A DNA stretch of 64,000 bases from Candidatus Anderseniibacteriota bacterium. GTDB lineage: Bacteria > Patescibacteriota > JAUYIX01. The notes beneath the pieces are model-generated. The model did not search any database. It worked only from the letters and a program-made list of their open reading frames with translations, and was not told where the DNA came from. The first letter of the stretch is position 1. Every line of letters starts with the position of its first letter. The stretch spans positions 9,331 to 73,330 of the forward strand of contig JAXLZM010000005.1 in the NCBI GenBank assembly GCA_046350855.1. Reading direction: 5' to 3'. Below are positions 38,306-47,355 of this stretch, one piece after another. The translations under genes and the position numbers were made by a program.

Positions 38306-39196
38306 ATGGTACAGTCGCATTCTAAGACACCGCAAATCTGGTTTTTAGCTGCCGTGGCGCTGCTCGTGGTTTTTGTATTGGGATTTGTGGTGCGGGTCGC
38401 CGCTAAAGGTCAACTGGGAGAACTTGCGCAATTTTTGATCGATCGACGAGAGGGTGCCGGTCAAACGCAGCCCGACCGCGGAGCAACCTGTCTCTATGAT
38501 TTGGACGGACAAACGCTCGTTGTCCAACGCAAGGCACATGGCGAGACCGAGACGCACCGTCTGGAACTTGCTGATCGTCCACTCTCAGCGCACTTTGCGG
38601 GGCAGCAGGCTTTGGTCGAGACGGCCCGCAGCGCTGATACCTACAACTGCATCAACGCTGAGTTTTTGTCTCATGCCATTAGCGGGGACCCAGCTGATCC
38701 AATCCGGGTGGTTTTGTTGAGTTCAACCGGTCGCAACGCGGCGATCGTCGTACAGGGCGATGCTGGGGAGCAGGTCGAGGTTTTTAGCTTTAAAGCCAAC
38801 CCAGGAGAGTCAACCTGGAACGCCAACCTCAAACCTATCCAGCAAGACCCGGACCAGGCGCAGCCGATCTTGGCACAACTGGTGGGAGAGTCGTTGCTGG
38901 TGGCCGTCCAGGTTGGGGACGAGGTCGAGATCCACACCTACAATTTTAGAGCGAGTCACAAAAAGCGCCCCTGGAATGAGTTCAGCCTGGAGCAAACCCC
39001 CCTGAGGCTCAGTGGGCTCAGGGGAGCGCCGGTCTTTAGTGACCGCGGTAAAAAAGTTGCGCTCACCACGACAGAACCCGTCGGGACGGTGCACTACTCG
39101 TTTGAGTTTACCTGTCAGCAAAACCCTAAGCCCAACGATCCCAAGGCTAAGCCCTGCGTCTGGCAGCGCGAGGTTAGTCCTGCACAGGTGCAGTAA
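38306..39196 (+). CDS. Hypothetical membrane-anchored protein
   Basis: N-terminal TM helix. 296 aa with no domain recognised. Confidence 0.5.
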   Translation: MVQSHSKTPQIWFLAAVALLVVFVLGFVVRVAAKGQLGELAQFLIDRREGAGQTQPDRGATCLYDLDGQTLVVQRKAHGETETHRLELADRPLSAHFAGQQALVETARSADTYNCINAEFLSHAISGDPADPIRVVLLSSTGRNAAIVVQGDAGEQVEVFSFKANPGESTWNANLKPIQQDPDQAQPILAQLVGESLLVAVQVGDEVEIHTYNFRASHKKRPWNEFSLEQTPLRLSGLRGAPVFSDRGKKVALTTTEPVGTVHYSFEFTCQQNPKPNDPKAKPCVWQREVSPAQVQ

Positions 39197-39223
39197 CCAC
39201 AGACCCTATGGTAGAATTCTGCC

Positions 39224-39871
39224 ATGGCTGAGGTCACCCTGATCGAGAATCGCCACAAGCGTGCCAAAAACTTTTGGACCGGCTTTGTGATTGGTGTCGT
39301 TTTTATGCTGATTGGTGTTGCCGTTTTTTGGTTTTTGGGTTTGATCGACATTTTTCCGGCGCCTAAGGCCGCCGAGCCAACCCGCAACAACGCCATCGTC
39401 ACTAACGAGACCTCTACTGAGAGCAACACCCAAAACAACCTGACCAACTCGACCAACAACACCGACACAACCGAGAACAACACGGCCAACGAGGCTAACA
39501 CTACGGACAACAACACTACTAAAACTACCAACACAACTGGCAGCTCCAGTGCTGGCGTAACTTTGACGGTTGCTAAAAATGTGGATGATTCTGCCAAGCC
39601 GGTTGATCCTACCGACCAGTTTAGCGCGGATGATGATCGTTTTTACGTGATTGTCGAGTTTGATAGCACGATCGACCTCGGTAAAGACGCGACCGTCTCG
39701 GTCGAGTGGTTTAAAAACGACGCCCACCTCTCGGATTTTGACTATGACTTACCCGAGAACCAAACCCGCGTGTACTTCTACCAAAACAATGCGGGCGTGG
39801 GCGACTATGAGGTCGCCATCTCACTCAACGGTAAAGAAATCGGTCGCGAAGCCTTTACGGTTGGCAACTAG
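39224..39871 (+). CDS. Hypothetical membrane-anchored protein with Asn/Thr-rich low-complexity linker
   Basis: TM helix followed by an NTxN-rich tract and a folded C-terminal domain. Confidence 0.5.
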   Translation: MAEVTLIENRHKRAKNFWTGFVIGVVFMLIGVAVFWFLGLIDIFPAPKAAEPTRNNAIVTNETSTESNTQNNLTNSTNNTDTTENNTANEANTTDNNTTKTTNTTGSSSAGVTLTVAKNVDDSAKPVDPTDQFSADDDRFYVIVEFDSTIDLGKDATVSVEWFKNDAHLSDFDYDLPENQTRVYFYQNNAGVGDYEVAISLNGKEIGREAFTVGN

Positions 39872-39883
39872 TAGGCTAGGCGA

Positions 39884-40120
39884 CTAGGGTTGCGGGGCAG
39901 GTAGGTACGGAAAAACCGTTTCTAGATTGGCGTCTTTGGGCAGCTCCAGTCGTTTGGCCGTGTCGATGTGTTGGGCAGGGCTACGCTCGAGTTGTGTATA
40001 GATCGTTTTGTCGACCGTAAAGCGGTGCGCCAGTGTGATCAAGACCAGTACGACGAACGCTGAGATCGTCCACCAAAAATACTTCATCAGCGTGACTCCT
40101 GTTGGTAGGCGCTTACCCAA
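39884..40120 (-). CDS. Small hypothetical membrane protein
   Basis: 78 aa with one TM helix. Confidence 0.3.
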   Translation of the reverse strand: MGKRLPTGVTLMKYFWWTISAFVVLVLITLAHRFTVDKTIYTQLERSPAQHIDTAKRLELPKDANLETVFPYLPAPQP

Positions 40121-40611
40121 ATATCCAAGTCCGATTTGTGTTCGGCCAGGATCGCGGAGAGGGGAAGATCAAGTACCAGAGCTTGGAGCGTTCCATCGGC
40201 ACGGGGGTTTTTACGTAAGCCCACAAAGGCTCGGATTGATTTGCCACGTTCGGACAACACAATTGGACTAGCATGGGTTGAGACCGCTCCGTTCACTCGA
40301 TCCGCTTTGACCGCTTGGATCGTAGTACCCGTGCGCTCGGGAATGCTCGGCACACTCACGCTAGCCTCAAGTTGTGCATCTCCGTGCAGCGTAACTTGCA
40401 CCACGCGATCCTCGATCCCGTCTCGATTTGTATCAAAATTAAATTGGTAGAGCGTAGCGGGATCCAGAGTGGTCAGAGTTGCTGCCACGATCAGACGTTG
40501 TTCGTCCTCGGGGTTAGTAAACACTAAGACATCCGTAATCTGCGGAGAAGATGCTAAGGCCAGGCTAGGCTGAAAACTAAGCAGACTCAAAAGTAATACA
40601 AGTAGGGTCAT
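40087..40611 (-). CDS. Hypothetical secreted protein
   Basis: Signal peptide MTLLVLLLSLLSFQPSLALA. Confidence 0.5.
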   Translation of the reverse strand: MTLLVLLLSLLSFQPSLALASSPQITDVLVFTNPEDEQRLIVAATLTTLDPATLYQFNFDTNRDGIEDRVVQVTLHGDAQLEASVSVPSIPERTGTTIQAVKADRVNGAVSTHASPIVLSERGKSIRAFVGLRKNPRADGTLQALVLDLPLSAILAEHKSDLDIWVSAYQQESR

Positions 40612-40620
40612 AGAAATCGC

Positions 40621-40697
40621 TGGCGGGGCAGACGGGATTCGAACCCGCGGTCTCCTCCGTGACAGGGAGGCGCGTTAGGCCACTGCGCTACTGCCCC
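40621..40697 (-). tRNA. tRNA-Asp (anticodon GTC)
   Basis: GGGGCAGTAGCGCAGTGGCCTAACGCGCCTCCCTGTCACGGAGGAGACCGCGGGTTCGAATCCCGTCTGCCCCGCCA on the minus strand. Confidence 0.85.
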
Positions 40698-40775
40698 AAG
40701 CCGTTTTAGCTATTTTGCTGCCCGCACAATCTAACGCAAGTTGCCCGTAAACAAAAGGGTGGGCGGTTTTGGCCA

Positions 40776-40820
40776 CACGGAAAATAGAAAAACCGTCCGC
40801 AGCACAAGCCACGGACGGTT
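40776..40820 (-). terminator. Rho-independent terminator (minus strand)
   Basis: 9-bp stem aaccgtccg/cggacggtt followed by a T-rich run on the minus-strand reading. Confidence 0.55.
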
Positions 40821-40831
40821 GAAGAGTGGAG

Positions 40832-41053
40832 CTAGACGACGAGAGCGAGCTGCATGAGCCCGATCAGCAGCAGTGAGCGCCGTGCCGCCCGCGGAGTCAT
40901 CCGCAGCGGCTGTCGCGCCTCGCGCAAGAGCAGGGGACCAGCAACAAAGGGCTGATAGCTCCCATTGGCCAGCGCAAAATTGACGCGCGAGCCGGGGGCG
41001 TTGTGTGATCGAAAGGTGCGACGCGAGACACGACGGGTGAACCGGTGGGTCAA
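40832..41053 (-). CDS. Small Arg-rich basic protein (weak N-terminal resemblance to ribosomal protein L34)
   Basis: 73-aa ORF. RRTFRSH...ALANGS loosely recalls L34 KRTF..HG..ATKNGR. It is followed by its own terminator. Confidence 0.3.
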   Translation of the reverse strand: MTHRFTRRVSRRTFRSHNAPGSRVNFALANGSYQPFVAGPLLLREARQPLRMTPRAARRSLLLIGLMQLALVV

Positions 41054-41164
41054 ATCGTTCTCCTCCTCGAGAAGTATCCGACTATCGCTAGCCTAGCGCG
41101 CGATCTTGGGAGTGGCAAGTTACAGAGTTTTTTGGCATGCTACGCGCGGTTCCTTAGGAGGCCC

Positions 41165-41353
41165 ATGAAAAGTAGACAGGCCAAACAGACGCTTAAGTTC
41201 ATCAAGTTGGCTGTGCAGATCTGGATAGACAAGCAGGGTCACGACCGCTGCTGGTACTACCCCGAGATCTTTGCGGTCATCGTCGACGCGCTCGGTATCA
41301 AGGCCCAACTGCAACCCGCCCTCCCGCCGCTCCCAGAATTCAAGGGGGGCTGA
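41165..41353 (+). CDS. Small hypothetical protein (62 aa)
   Basis: AGGAGG 5 nt upstream of the ATG. Followed by the terminator at 41445. Confidence 0.4.
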   Translation: MKSRQAKQTLKFIKLAVQIWIDKQGHDRCWYYPEIFAVIVDALGIKAQLQPALPPLPEFKGG

Positions 41354-41444
41354 ACCCGCTACCAAGAAGACCAGTATGGTCTCAAGCGGTGTCGCAAAAA
41401 AGCCAAGTGCAAACAGTCGCGCAAAAAGTCAGTCAAACACTAAC

Positions 41445-41477
41445 CCGCCCATGGAACTTCCGTGGGCCTCTTTTTTA
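41445..41477 (+). terminator. Rho-independent terminator (plus strand)
   Basis: gcccatgg-aacttc-cgtgggc followed by T6. Confidence 0.6.
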
Positions 41478-41505
41478 GATACAAAAACAGCCGCCCTCAG
41501 GCGGC
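41475..41505 (-). terminator. Rho-independent terminator (minus strand) after the tRNA pair
   Basis: gccgcc-ctca-ggcggc hairpin with a T-rich run on the minus-strand reading. Confidence 0.5.
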
Positions 41506-41516
41506 GGCCTTACTAT

Positions 41517-41591
41517 TGGTTGCGGGGGCGGGACTTGAACCCGCGACCTCCAGGTTATGAGCCTGGCGAGCTGCCACTGCTCCACCCCGCG
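41517..41591 (-). tRNA. Initiator tRNA-fMet (anticodon CAT)
   Basis: CGCGGGGTGGAGCAGTGGCAGCTCGCCAGGCTCATAACCTGGAGGTCGCGGGTTCAAGTCCCGCCCCCGCAACCA. C1:A72 mispair, typical of bacterial initiators. Confidence 0.75.
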
Positions 41592-41618
41592 TCGACCAAT
41601 TTTTTATCCTTTCCCCGA

Positions 41619-41693
41619 TGGTAGCGGGGCCGGGGATCGAACCCGGGACCTTGGGCTTATGAGTCCCACGCTCTACCAACTGAGCTACCCCGC
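41619..41693 (-). tRNA. tRNA with CAT anticodon (elongator Met or Ile2)
   Basis: GGCGGGGTAGCTCAGTTGGTAGAGCGTGGGACTCATAAGCCCAAGGTCCCGGGTTCGATCCCCGGCCCCGCTACCA. Confidence 0.75.
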
Positions 41694-41825
41694 CACAAAT
41701 CCCGGACGCGAGGACTCTAGCATTATTGGCCTGACAAAGCAATAAAAACGGCTTTACTGCTTTGCCACTCGCTTGACGGGGTGGTTCATCCGGCGTAGCC
41801 ATACGGATACGTCGCTCTTTGGGAG

Positions 41826-42467
41826 GTGCATATGAAGTCTCTGGTGGCCTTGATCGCCTCACTGGTGCTCGGTGCAACGGGTCGCGCTGCCGAAAAATCG
41901 GAGTCGCCGTTGCCCAAGCACGGACCAGTCATGGTGCAGCTGCAGCAGTTTACGATGCTCGAGGGTGTGACGACGACCCTCATCGTTATCACGATTCGTG
42001 ATGCCGAAAAGCTCTCGGACGATGAGTACAACCGGATCTTCGATTTTTATGCGCACCGTCACATCGCCAAGTGGCACGAGGACAATCCCGGTCACGACCA
42101 GTGCGCGGCTAAAGCGATTCTGGGGTCGCGTCGAGTAGTGCATGGTAAAGAGGAAGGGTTCTTTGATGCACCGATCGGCATCTTGCTGCAATGTCGGACT
42201 CCTGAGTCGGCAGAACCGACCACGCCCCCGCCGTCTCCGCAACACGAGCCAAATCCAACGTTCAATCTAGAACCACTGCCCGCGACCTCTGCGTCCGCGG
42301 GCTTTTTTTGTTCAACGGTTCAGCCAAAGAAAAACGCTCGACTCCCAAAAGGAAATCGAGCGTTGCGGTCTAGCAGTCATCCTGAGTCTCGAGCTCGCTT
42401 GCGATCCAGGCGTTATCGAAAGCCCGGATATAGAGATACGTGCGGTTGGCTGATCGCGCCAACGTGA
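41826..42467 (+). CDS. Hypothetical secreted protein (3' end uncertain)
   Basis: Signal peptide MKSLVALIASLVLGATGRAAE. An intrinsic-terminator-like hairpin plus T7 sits inside the last ~180 nt of the ORF, and the tail is Arg-rich and non-protein-like. Confidence 0.45.
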   Translation: MHMKSLVALIASLVLGATGRAAEKSESPLPKHGPVMVQLQQFTMLEGVTTTLIVITIRDAEKLSDDEYNRIFDFYAHRHIAKWHEDNPGHDQCAAKAILGSRRVVHGKEEGFFDAPIGILLQCRTPESAEPTTPPPSPQHEPNPTFNLEPLPATSASAGFFCSTVQPKKNARLPKGNRALRSSSHPESRARLRSRRYRKPGYRDTCGWLIAPT

Positions 42468-42990
42468 GGAGCAGGCCATGCAAGCGGTACGAGGTCTCGT
42501 GATTACAATGCGCCCAGTCGACTTCGTAGCGCGCCACAAGTGCGGCCATGCTACAGAGTAAGTTTCTCGACGCGTCGATATCTGCCATGGGCATGTCTTG
42601 GGTTTTATCGTCGTAGGTGGGTAGACAAGCATCCGCAGGTGCCGTGTCGCTCTTGCCCTGGATAAACTCGAGCCAGATCCAGGCTCGCTCTTGGTCGAGC
42701 GCGACCTTCCAGCCAGCCTGAGCTACCGCTACGTTGAGGTACGTGCACCAGCCTTTCTTGAGTTCGTTGAGGCGTTCCTCCAGCTCGGCGCGGTGTTCTT
42801 CTGTAGCGTACTTGGAGTCAATAAAGCGGTAGCAAATCCCGCAGCGATCGCAGTAAAAACCGTCAACGACCGTGTCAGCGTGACTTCGCGAACCTGGGCC
42901 GATAGGGATCGGTCCATGGCGGCGAGGCACGACACGTCGCTCTACGATGTTGCCATCACACACTCTGCAGCGGCCGACTTTTTTGGGCAT
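42370..42990 (-). CDS. Hypothetical protein with N-terminal zinc-ribbon-like CxxC pairs
   Basis: AGGAGG upstream of the internal ATG (MPKKVGRCRVCDG...). 206 aa. Confidence 0.45.
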   Translation of the reverse strand: MPKKVGRCRVCDGNIVERRVVPRRHGPIPIGPGSRSHADTVVDGFYCDRCGICYRFIDSKYATEEHRAELEERLNELKKGWCTYLNVAVAQAGWKVALDQERAWIWLEFIQGKSDTAPADACLPTYDDKTQDMPMADIDASRNLLCSMAALVARYEVDWAHCNHETSYRLHGLLLTLARSANRTYLYIRAFDNAWIASELETQDDC

Positions 42991-43055
42991 CGGGCCTCCT
43001 GTTTGAGATAAAAGGATCCGCCGTCGTTCTAGCAAATACGGACTCACTTGGCCAG

Positions 43056-44285
43056 GTGTGCTATCGTATCTCTCTTATGAACCTCCTCGTTGCCTCGATC
43101 ATCGCTGTTGCGATCGTGCTTGCTGCCGGGATTTTTGCCTGGTCCCGGCGTCGGCCAGGTGTCTCTGCCAATGGAGAAACTACGGAGATGGTAGCTGCTC
43201 AAGCGGCCCAACAAGCGCACGTCGCCCAGCAAATGTTGCAGGCCATGCAGACCACCCAGGCCGAACTTGCCCGTCAGCGCGACAGCTTGCAGCAAGCCTT
43301 AGCTCATCAGCGTGAGACTACGACCGCTGACCAAGCACGTTTGCGCGAGGAATTGCGAAAGTCGCTCGGTGATAACCAACAGGTCTTGCAGCAGCGTTTG
43401 TCCGAGGCTAACCAGACCATCAACGTGCGCCTCGGCCAGGCTGCCAAGATGTTTAATGAGATCAACCGCGGACTGGGAACGGTCTCGGAGTTCTCCAAGC
43501 AGCTCACCAACTTGCGCGATGTGTTTCAATCGCCCAAATTGCGCGGCAATATTGGTGAGGAGATTCTCAAGCAGTTGCTCGAACAGGTTCTGCCGACCAG
43601 CCATTTTGCCATGCAGTTTAAGTTTAGGGAGGGGCAAGTGGTGGATGCCATCGTCAAAACCAAGCAGGGATTGATCCCGATCGACAGTAAGTTTCCGCTC
43701 GAGAATTATCGGGCGCTGCAGCAGCGCGAGGTGGATGAACCCACGGCACGCCGGGCTTTTGTGCGCGACGTCAAAAAGCATATCGACGCCATCCGCACTA
43801 AATATATTTTGCCGGAGCAGGGGACGGTGGATTTTGCCGTGATGTACGTCCCGAGCGAGGCGATTTACTACGAGATCGTACAAAATTCGCAGGAGCTACT
43901 GGATCACGCCAGCGAACACAAAGTCTATTTAGTCTCGCCCAACACGTTTTATTATTTCTTAAAGGTGATTTTGATCGGGCTTGAGGGTGCGCGTATGGAA
44001 GAGCTCTCTCGGCAGGTGCTCTCGTTGCTGCGGACGGTGCAAAAAGATGCCGGTGCCTTTGGTGAGGAGTTGAGTGTCATGACACGTCATATTACCAACG
44101 CTAAAAATGCGAGTGATCGCGTGACCGGTAAGTTTGAACGCCTTGCCGGTACACTTGATAATGTTCGGTTGTTGGATACACCTGGTGCAAAACCGCCGGT
44201 GGTCGAGGCGCAGGCAGCCCAGGCCAAGCCGAGCGTTGATGCTACGCAGCAAGAGCTGATCGTCGACTTGCCGGACAATGGCTAA
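43056..44285 (+). CDS. rmuC: DNA recombination protein RmuC
   Basis: N-terminal TM helix, long coiled coil, and a C-terminal RmuC nuclease-like domain (VDFAVMYVPSEAIYYEI). Confidence 0.75.
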   Translation: MCYRISLMNLLVASIIAVAIVLAAGIFAWSRRRPGVSANGETTEMVAAQAAQQAHVAQQMLQAMQTTQAELARQRDSLQQALAHQRETTTADQARLREELRKSLGDNQQVLQQRLSEANQTINVRLGQAAKMFNEINRGLGTVSEFSKQLTNLRDVFQSPKLRGNIGEEILKQLLEQVLPTSHFAMQFKFREGQVVDAIVKTKQGLIPIDSKFPLENYRALQQREVDEPTARRAFVRDVKKHIDAIRTKYILPEQGTVDFAVMYVPSEAIYYEIVQNSQELLDHASEHKVYLVSPNTFYYFLKVILIGLEGARMEELSRQVLSLLRTVQKDAGAFGEELSVMTRHITNAKNASDRVTGKFERLAGTLDNVRLLDTPGAKPPVVEAQAAQAKPSVDATQQELIVDLPDNG

Positions 44286-47200
44286 GACGACCGCGGTTCA
44301 GCAAGCGATCGAGCTGCCGCAGGTCGTTGATGCCAAATCGACACAAGATCTAACGCCGGCGCAGAGTAGTGCGGTCACACACGGAGCTGGGCCATTGCTG
44401 ATTATTGCTGGGGCAGGCAGCGGCAAAACCATGGTCATCACGCGGCGACTGGGGTATCTCCTTACCGTCGGGCTCAAAAATCCCAAGGGTTCAACCGAAA
44501 AATTGACCGGCGACCAGATTTTAGCCGTGACCTTTAGCAACAAGGCTACTGAGGAGATGGAAGAACGCCTCGACAAGCTCATGCCGGTTGGGTTTGACGA
44601 GCCCTGGATCAATACCTTTCATGCTTTTGGTGAGCGGGTGTTGCGTGAGAACGCGCTGGCCCTCGGCCTCGATCCGGGCTTTACCGTGCTGACTCCGGCG
44701 CAGCAGCATGTCTTGCTCCGTCGTAACCTCGATCAGTTTGAACTGGACTTTTACCGGCCCTCTGGTAACCCGACCAAGTTTATTAGCGCGCTGATTCAGC
44801 ATTTTAGCCGAGCCAAAGATGAGGCGGTCTCACCGGCCGAGTACGTCAAGTGGGCCGAAGGTGCCGTCGAGCGGGCGGCTAAAGCGCCGGGTTCTGCCGA
44901 TGAGAGAGCCGCAGCACAGGAGGAGGCAGCCAGACAACTCGAAGTCGCCAAGGCCTACCAAGCCTACGAAAAAGTCCTGGTGCAGGAAGGTGTCTTAGAT
45001 GTTGCGGACTTAATCACTAAGACGCTCGAACTTTTTACCCGTCGGCCATCCGTCCTGGCCAAGTATCGTAGGCAATTTAAGGCGATCTTGGTGGATGAGT
45101 TTCAGGACACTAACACTGCCCAGTACGAGTTAATCAAATTGTTGGCGCATCCGGGCAATAATCTTGTCGTGGTTGCCGATGATGATCAGGCCATCTATCG
45201 CTGGCGCGGGGCCTCGGTCGCAAACGTGCTGCAGTTTATGTCTGATTTTCCTAAGGCCAAACAGGTCGCCTTGATCGATAACTTTCGCTCGCGCCAGCCA
45301 ATACTCGATGCGGCGTATCGCGTAGTTCAGCATAACAATCCGGATCGCCTGGAGCACAAACTCAAAATCAATAAAAAACTGACGGCCGTCCGCGGAGGAG
45401 GGGACGCCGGTAACGCACGCTCAAGCATTCCGGTGCACTACCAATCGCAAACCCTCGAGCACGAGGTCATGCATCTCACGCAGTTGCTGATCGAGCGTAA
45501 CCAAGCCGGCTTGTCGTGGTCTGAGATGGCTGTGCTTGTACGCTCCAATGCGGCCGCCGAGCCGCTCATTGCCGGTTTGGCGCAAGCCCACGTGCCCTTC
45601 TCCTTTATGGCGAGCAAAGGCCTGTTTGCCCGACCGGAGATTTTAGATTTGCTGGCTTGGCTCCGTGTTGTTGCCGACTACCACGACTCAACCTCGCTCT
45701 ATCGTTTGCTCTCCTCTGACATTTGGCGCATTCCGTCCCTCGAACTCATCGCCCTGATGCATTATGCAAGGCGCTACAGCCAAACGTTGTTTGAGGCGGT
45801 TCGGGCGGCTGCTCAAAACACTACTACTGCTCCGGATGAACAAGACGCTCAACCCACCCCAGTGATCGATCCGGGCACACGCGCGCGGTTACTCAAATTT
45901 CTCAAAGTGCACGAGCAGCAGGTCCAACTCAGCAGCACCAAGAGCGCCGGCGCCATGTTGCTAGCCTATCTCTCCGCGACCAAATTGCTCGACGTCTTAG
46001 AAAAACGCCAAACCGCGGACGACACCGACAAGATTCTCAACATCAATCAGCTGCTTAAGCTCATTCTCGACTTTGAGCGCGATGCCAAGGACAAATCTGC
46101 CCGAGCTTTTTTGGAATTTTACGAACTCCTGCTCGCGGCGGGGGAGAGCCCAGCGCCCGCAGACATCGAGGCGCATCCCGATGCCGTGCGCATTTTGACC
46201 GTGCACGCTTCTAAAGGCTTGGAGTTCTCACTGGTTGCGCTCTTCCACGCAGTTGAACAGCAATTTCCCTCCCGCGCGCGACGTGACCCGATCGCTTTAC
46301 CGCTAGAGCTAGTTGAGCGCCACGAGCACCTCGGTCTCCCCGACGAAAAAACCGCGCATCTCGCAGAAGAACGCCGACTCTTTTATGTTGCCTGTACCCG
46401 TGCACGTGATGAGCTGATCGTCACGACCTCGCTCGACGACGGCGGGGTACGCAAACGTAAGCCTTCGCGCTTTATCGCCGAGGCCGGCATCGCAACCCAA
46501 GCTACACCCGAGCAAGCCTTGATCAGGTTAGTTCAGCCAAAGACGGAAGCGGAGAGCGACCCGAGTACAAAACGCAAAATAAAATTACCGCTGCCCAAAC
46601 GGTTTAGCTACACGCAGCTGACCGTGTTTGATACCTGCCCACTCCAGTACAAGTACGCCCACATCTATAAGATTCCGTCGCTCGGGAGCCACGTGTTCTC
46701 ATATGGTAAGAGTCTGCATGAGACCATGGCCGCTTTTTATCGTGAGCTCGGTACGGCTGAACCCACGGTAAAAAGTAATCCTGGTTGCGACCGCCTCTTG
46801 GAGCTACTCGACCACTACTGGATCAACGAGTGGTACCAGTCGCCGGCCCATGAGCGGCGTCGCAAGACCGAGGCTCAGGTGGCTCTCAAAAAGTGGTTTG
46901 AGACAGAGGGCCAGTCCGCCGTACCCGCCTTTTGGGTTGAACAAGATTTTACGCTCAAAATCGGGCAATACTCGCTGCATGGTCGCATCGACCGGGCCGA
47001 CAAACTTCCAGATGGCACACTTGAGATCATCGACTATAAAACCGGCCAACTCAAAAAAGAAGCCACCAAAAAAGAGCGGGAAAAACGCGAAAACCAACTA
47101 GGCATCTACGCCCTGGCCGCGCAAAAAACCTTTAAGCTTAAAGCGAGCAAGTTGACCTGGATCTACCTCGACGCTGGACAAAAAGTTTCTACAATGTTCC

Positions 47201-47352
47201 CGCCCGAGCGTTTGGCCGCTCTTGAGCAAGAGATCGATACACGCATCAAAAGTATTTTGGGCAGTGAGTTCATCCCGACACCAGGGTTCCACTGCAAGTT
47301 TTGTGACTTTAAGAACATCTGCGAAGTCGGCCAAGCCAGCGGCTACGTCTAA
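44278..47352 (+). CDS. UvrD/PcrA-family helicase fused to a C-terminal PD-(D/E)xK nuclease with Cys cluster (AddA/Cas4-like)
   Basis: GAGSGKT Walker A, UvrD motifs (TFHAFGERVL, VDEFQDTN, a TVHASKGLEF-type motif VI), and a C-terminal nuclease with CKFCDFKNIC. 1024 aa. Confidence 0.8.
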   Translation: MAKTTAVQQAIELPQVVDAKSTQDLTPAQSSAVTHGAGPLLIIAGAGSGKTMVITRRLGYLLTVGLKNPKGSTEKLTGDQILAVTFSNKATEEMEERLDKLMPVGFDEPWINTFHAFGERVLRENALALGLDPGFTVLTPAQQHVLLRRNLDQFELDFYRPSGNPTKFISALIQHFSRAKDEAVSPAEYVKWAEGAVERAAKAPGSADERAAAQEEAARQLEVAKAYQAYEKVLVQEGVLDVADLITKTLELFTRRPSVLAKYRRQFKAILVDEFQDTNTAQYELIKLLAHPGNNLVVVADDDQAIYRWRGASVANVLQFMSDFPKAKQVALIDNFRSRQPILDAAYRVVQHNNPDRLEHKLKINKKLTAVRGGGDAGNARSSIPVHYQSQTLEHEVMHLTQLLIERNQAGLSWSEMAVLVRSNAAAEPLIAGLAQAHVPFSFMASKGLFARPEILDLLAWLRVVADYHDSTSLYRLLSSDIWRIPSLELIALMHYARRYSQTLFEAVRAAAQNTTTAPDEQDAQPTPVIDPGTRARLLKFLKVHEQQVQLSSTKSAGAMLLAYLSATKLLDVLEKRQTADDTDKILNINQLLKLILDFERDAKDKSARAFLEFYELLLAAGESPAPADIEAHPDAVRILTVHASKGLEFSLVALFHAVEQQFPSRARRDPIALPLELVERHEHLGLPDEKTAHLAEERRLFYVACTRARDELIVTTSLDDGGVRKRKPSRFIAEAGIATQATPEQALIRLVQPKTEAESDPSTKRKIKLPLPKRFSYTQLTVFDTCPLQYKYAHIYKIPSLGSHVFSYGKSLHETMAAFYRELGTAEPTVKSNPGCDRLLELLDHYWINEWYQSPAHERRRKTEAQVALKKWFETEGQSAVPAFWVEQDFTLKIGQYSLHGRIDRADKLPDGTLEIIDYKTGQLKKEATKKEREKRENQLGIYALAAQKTFKLKASKLTWIYLDAGQKVSTMFPPERLAALEQEIDTRIKSILGSEFIPTPGFHCKFCDFKNICEVGQASGYV

Positions 47353-47355
47353 TCT

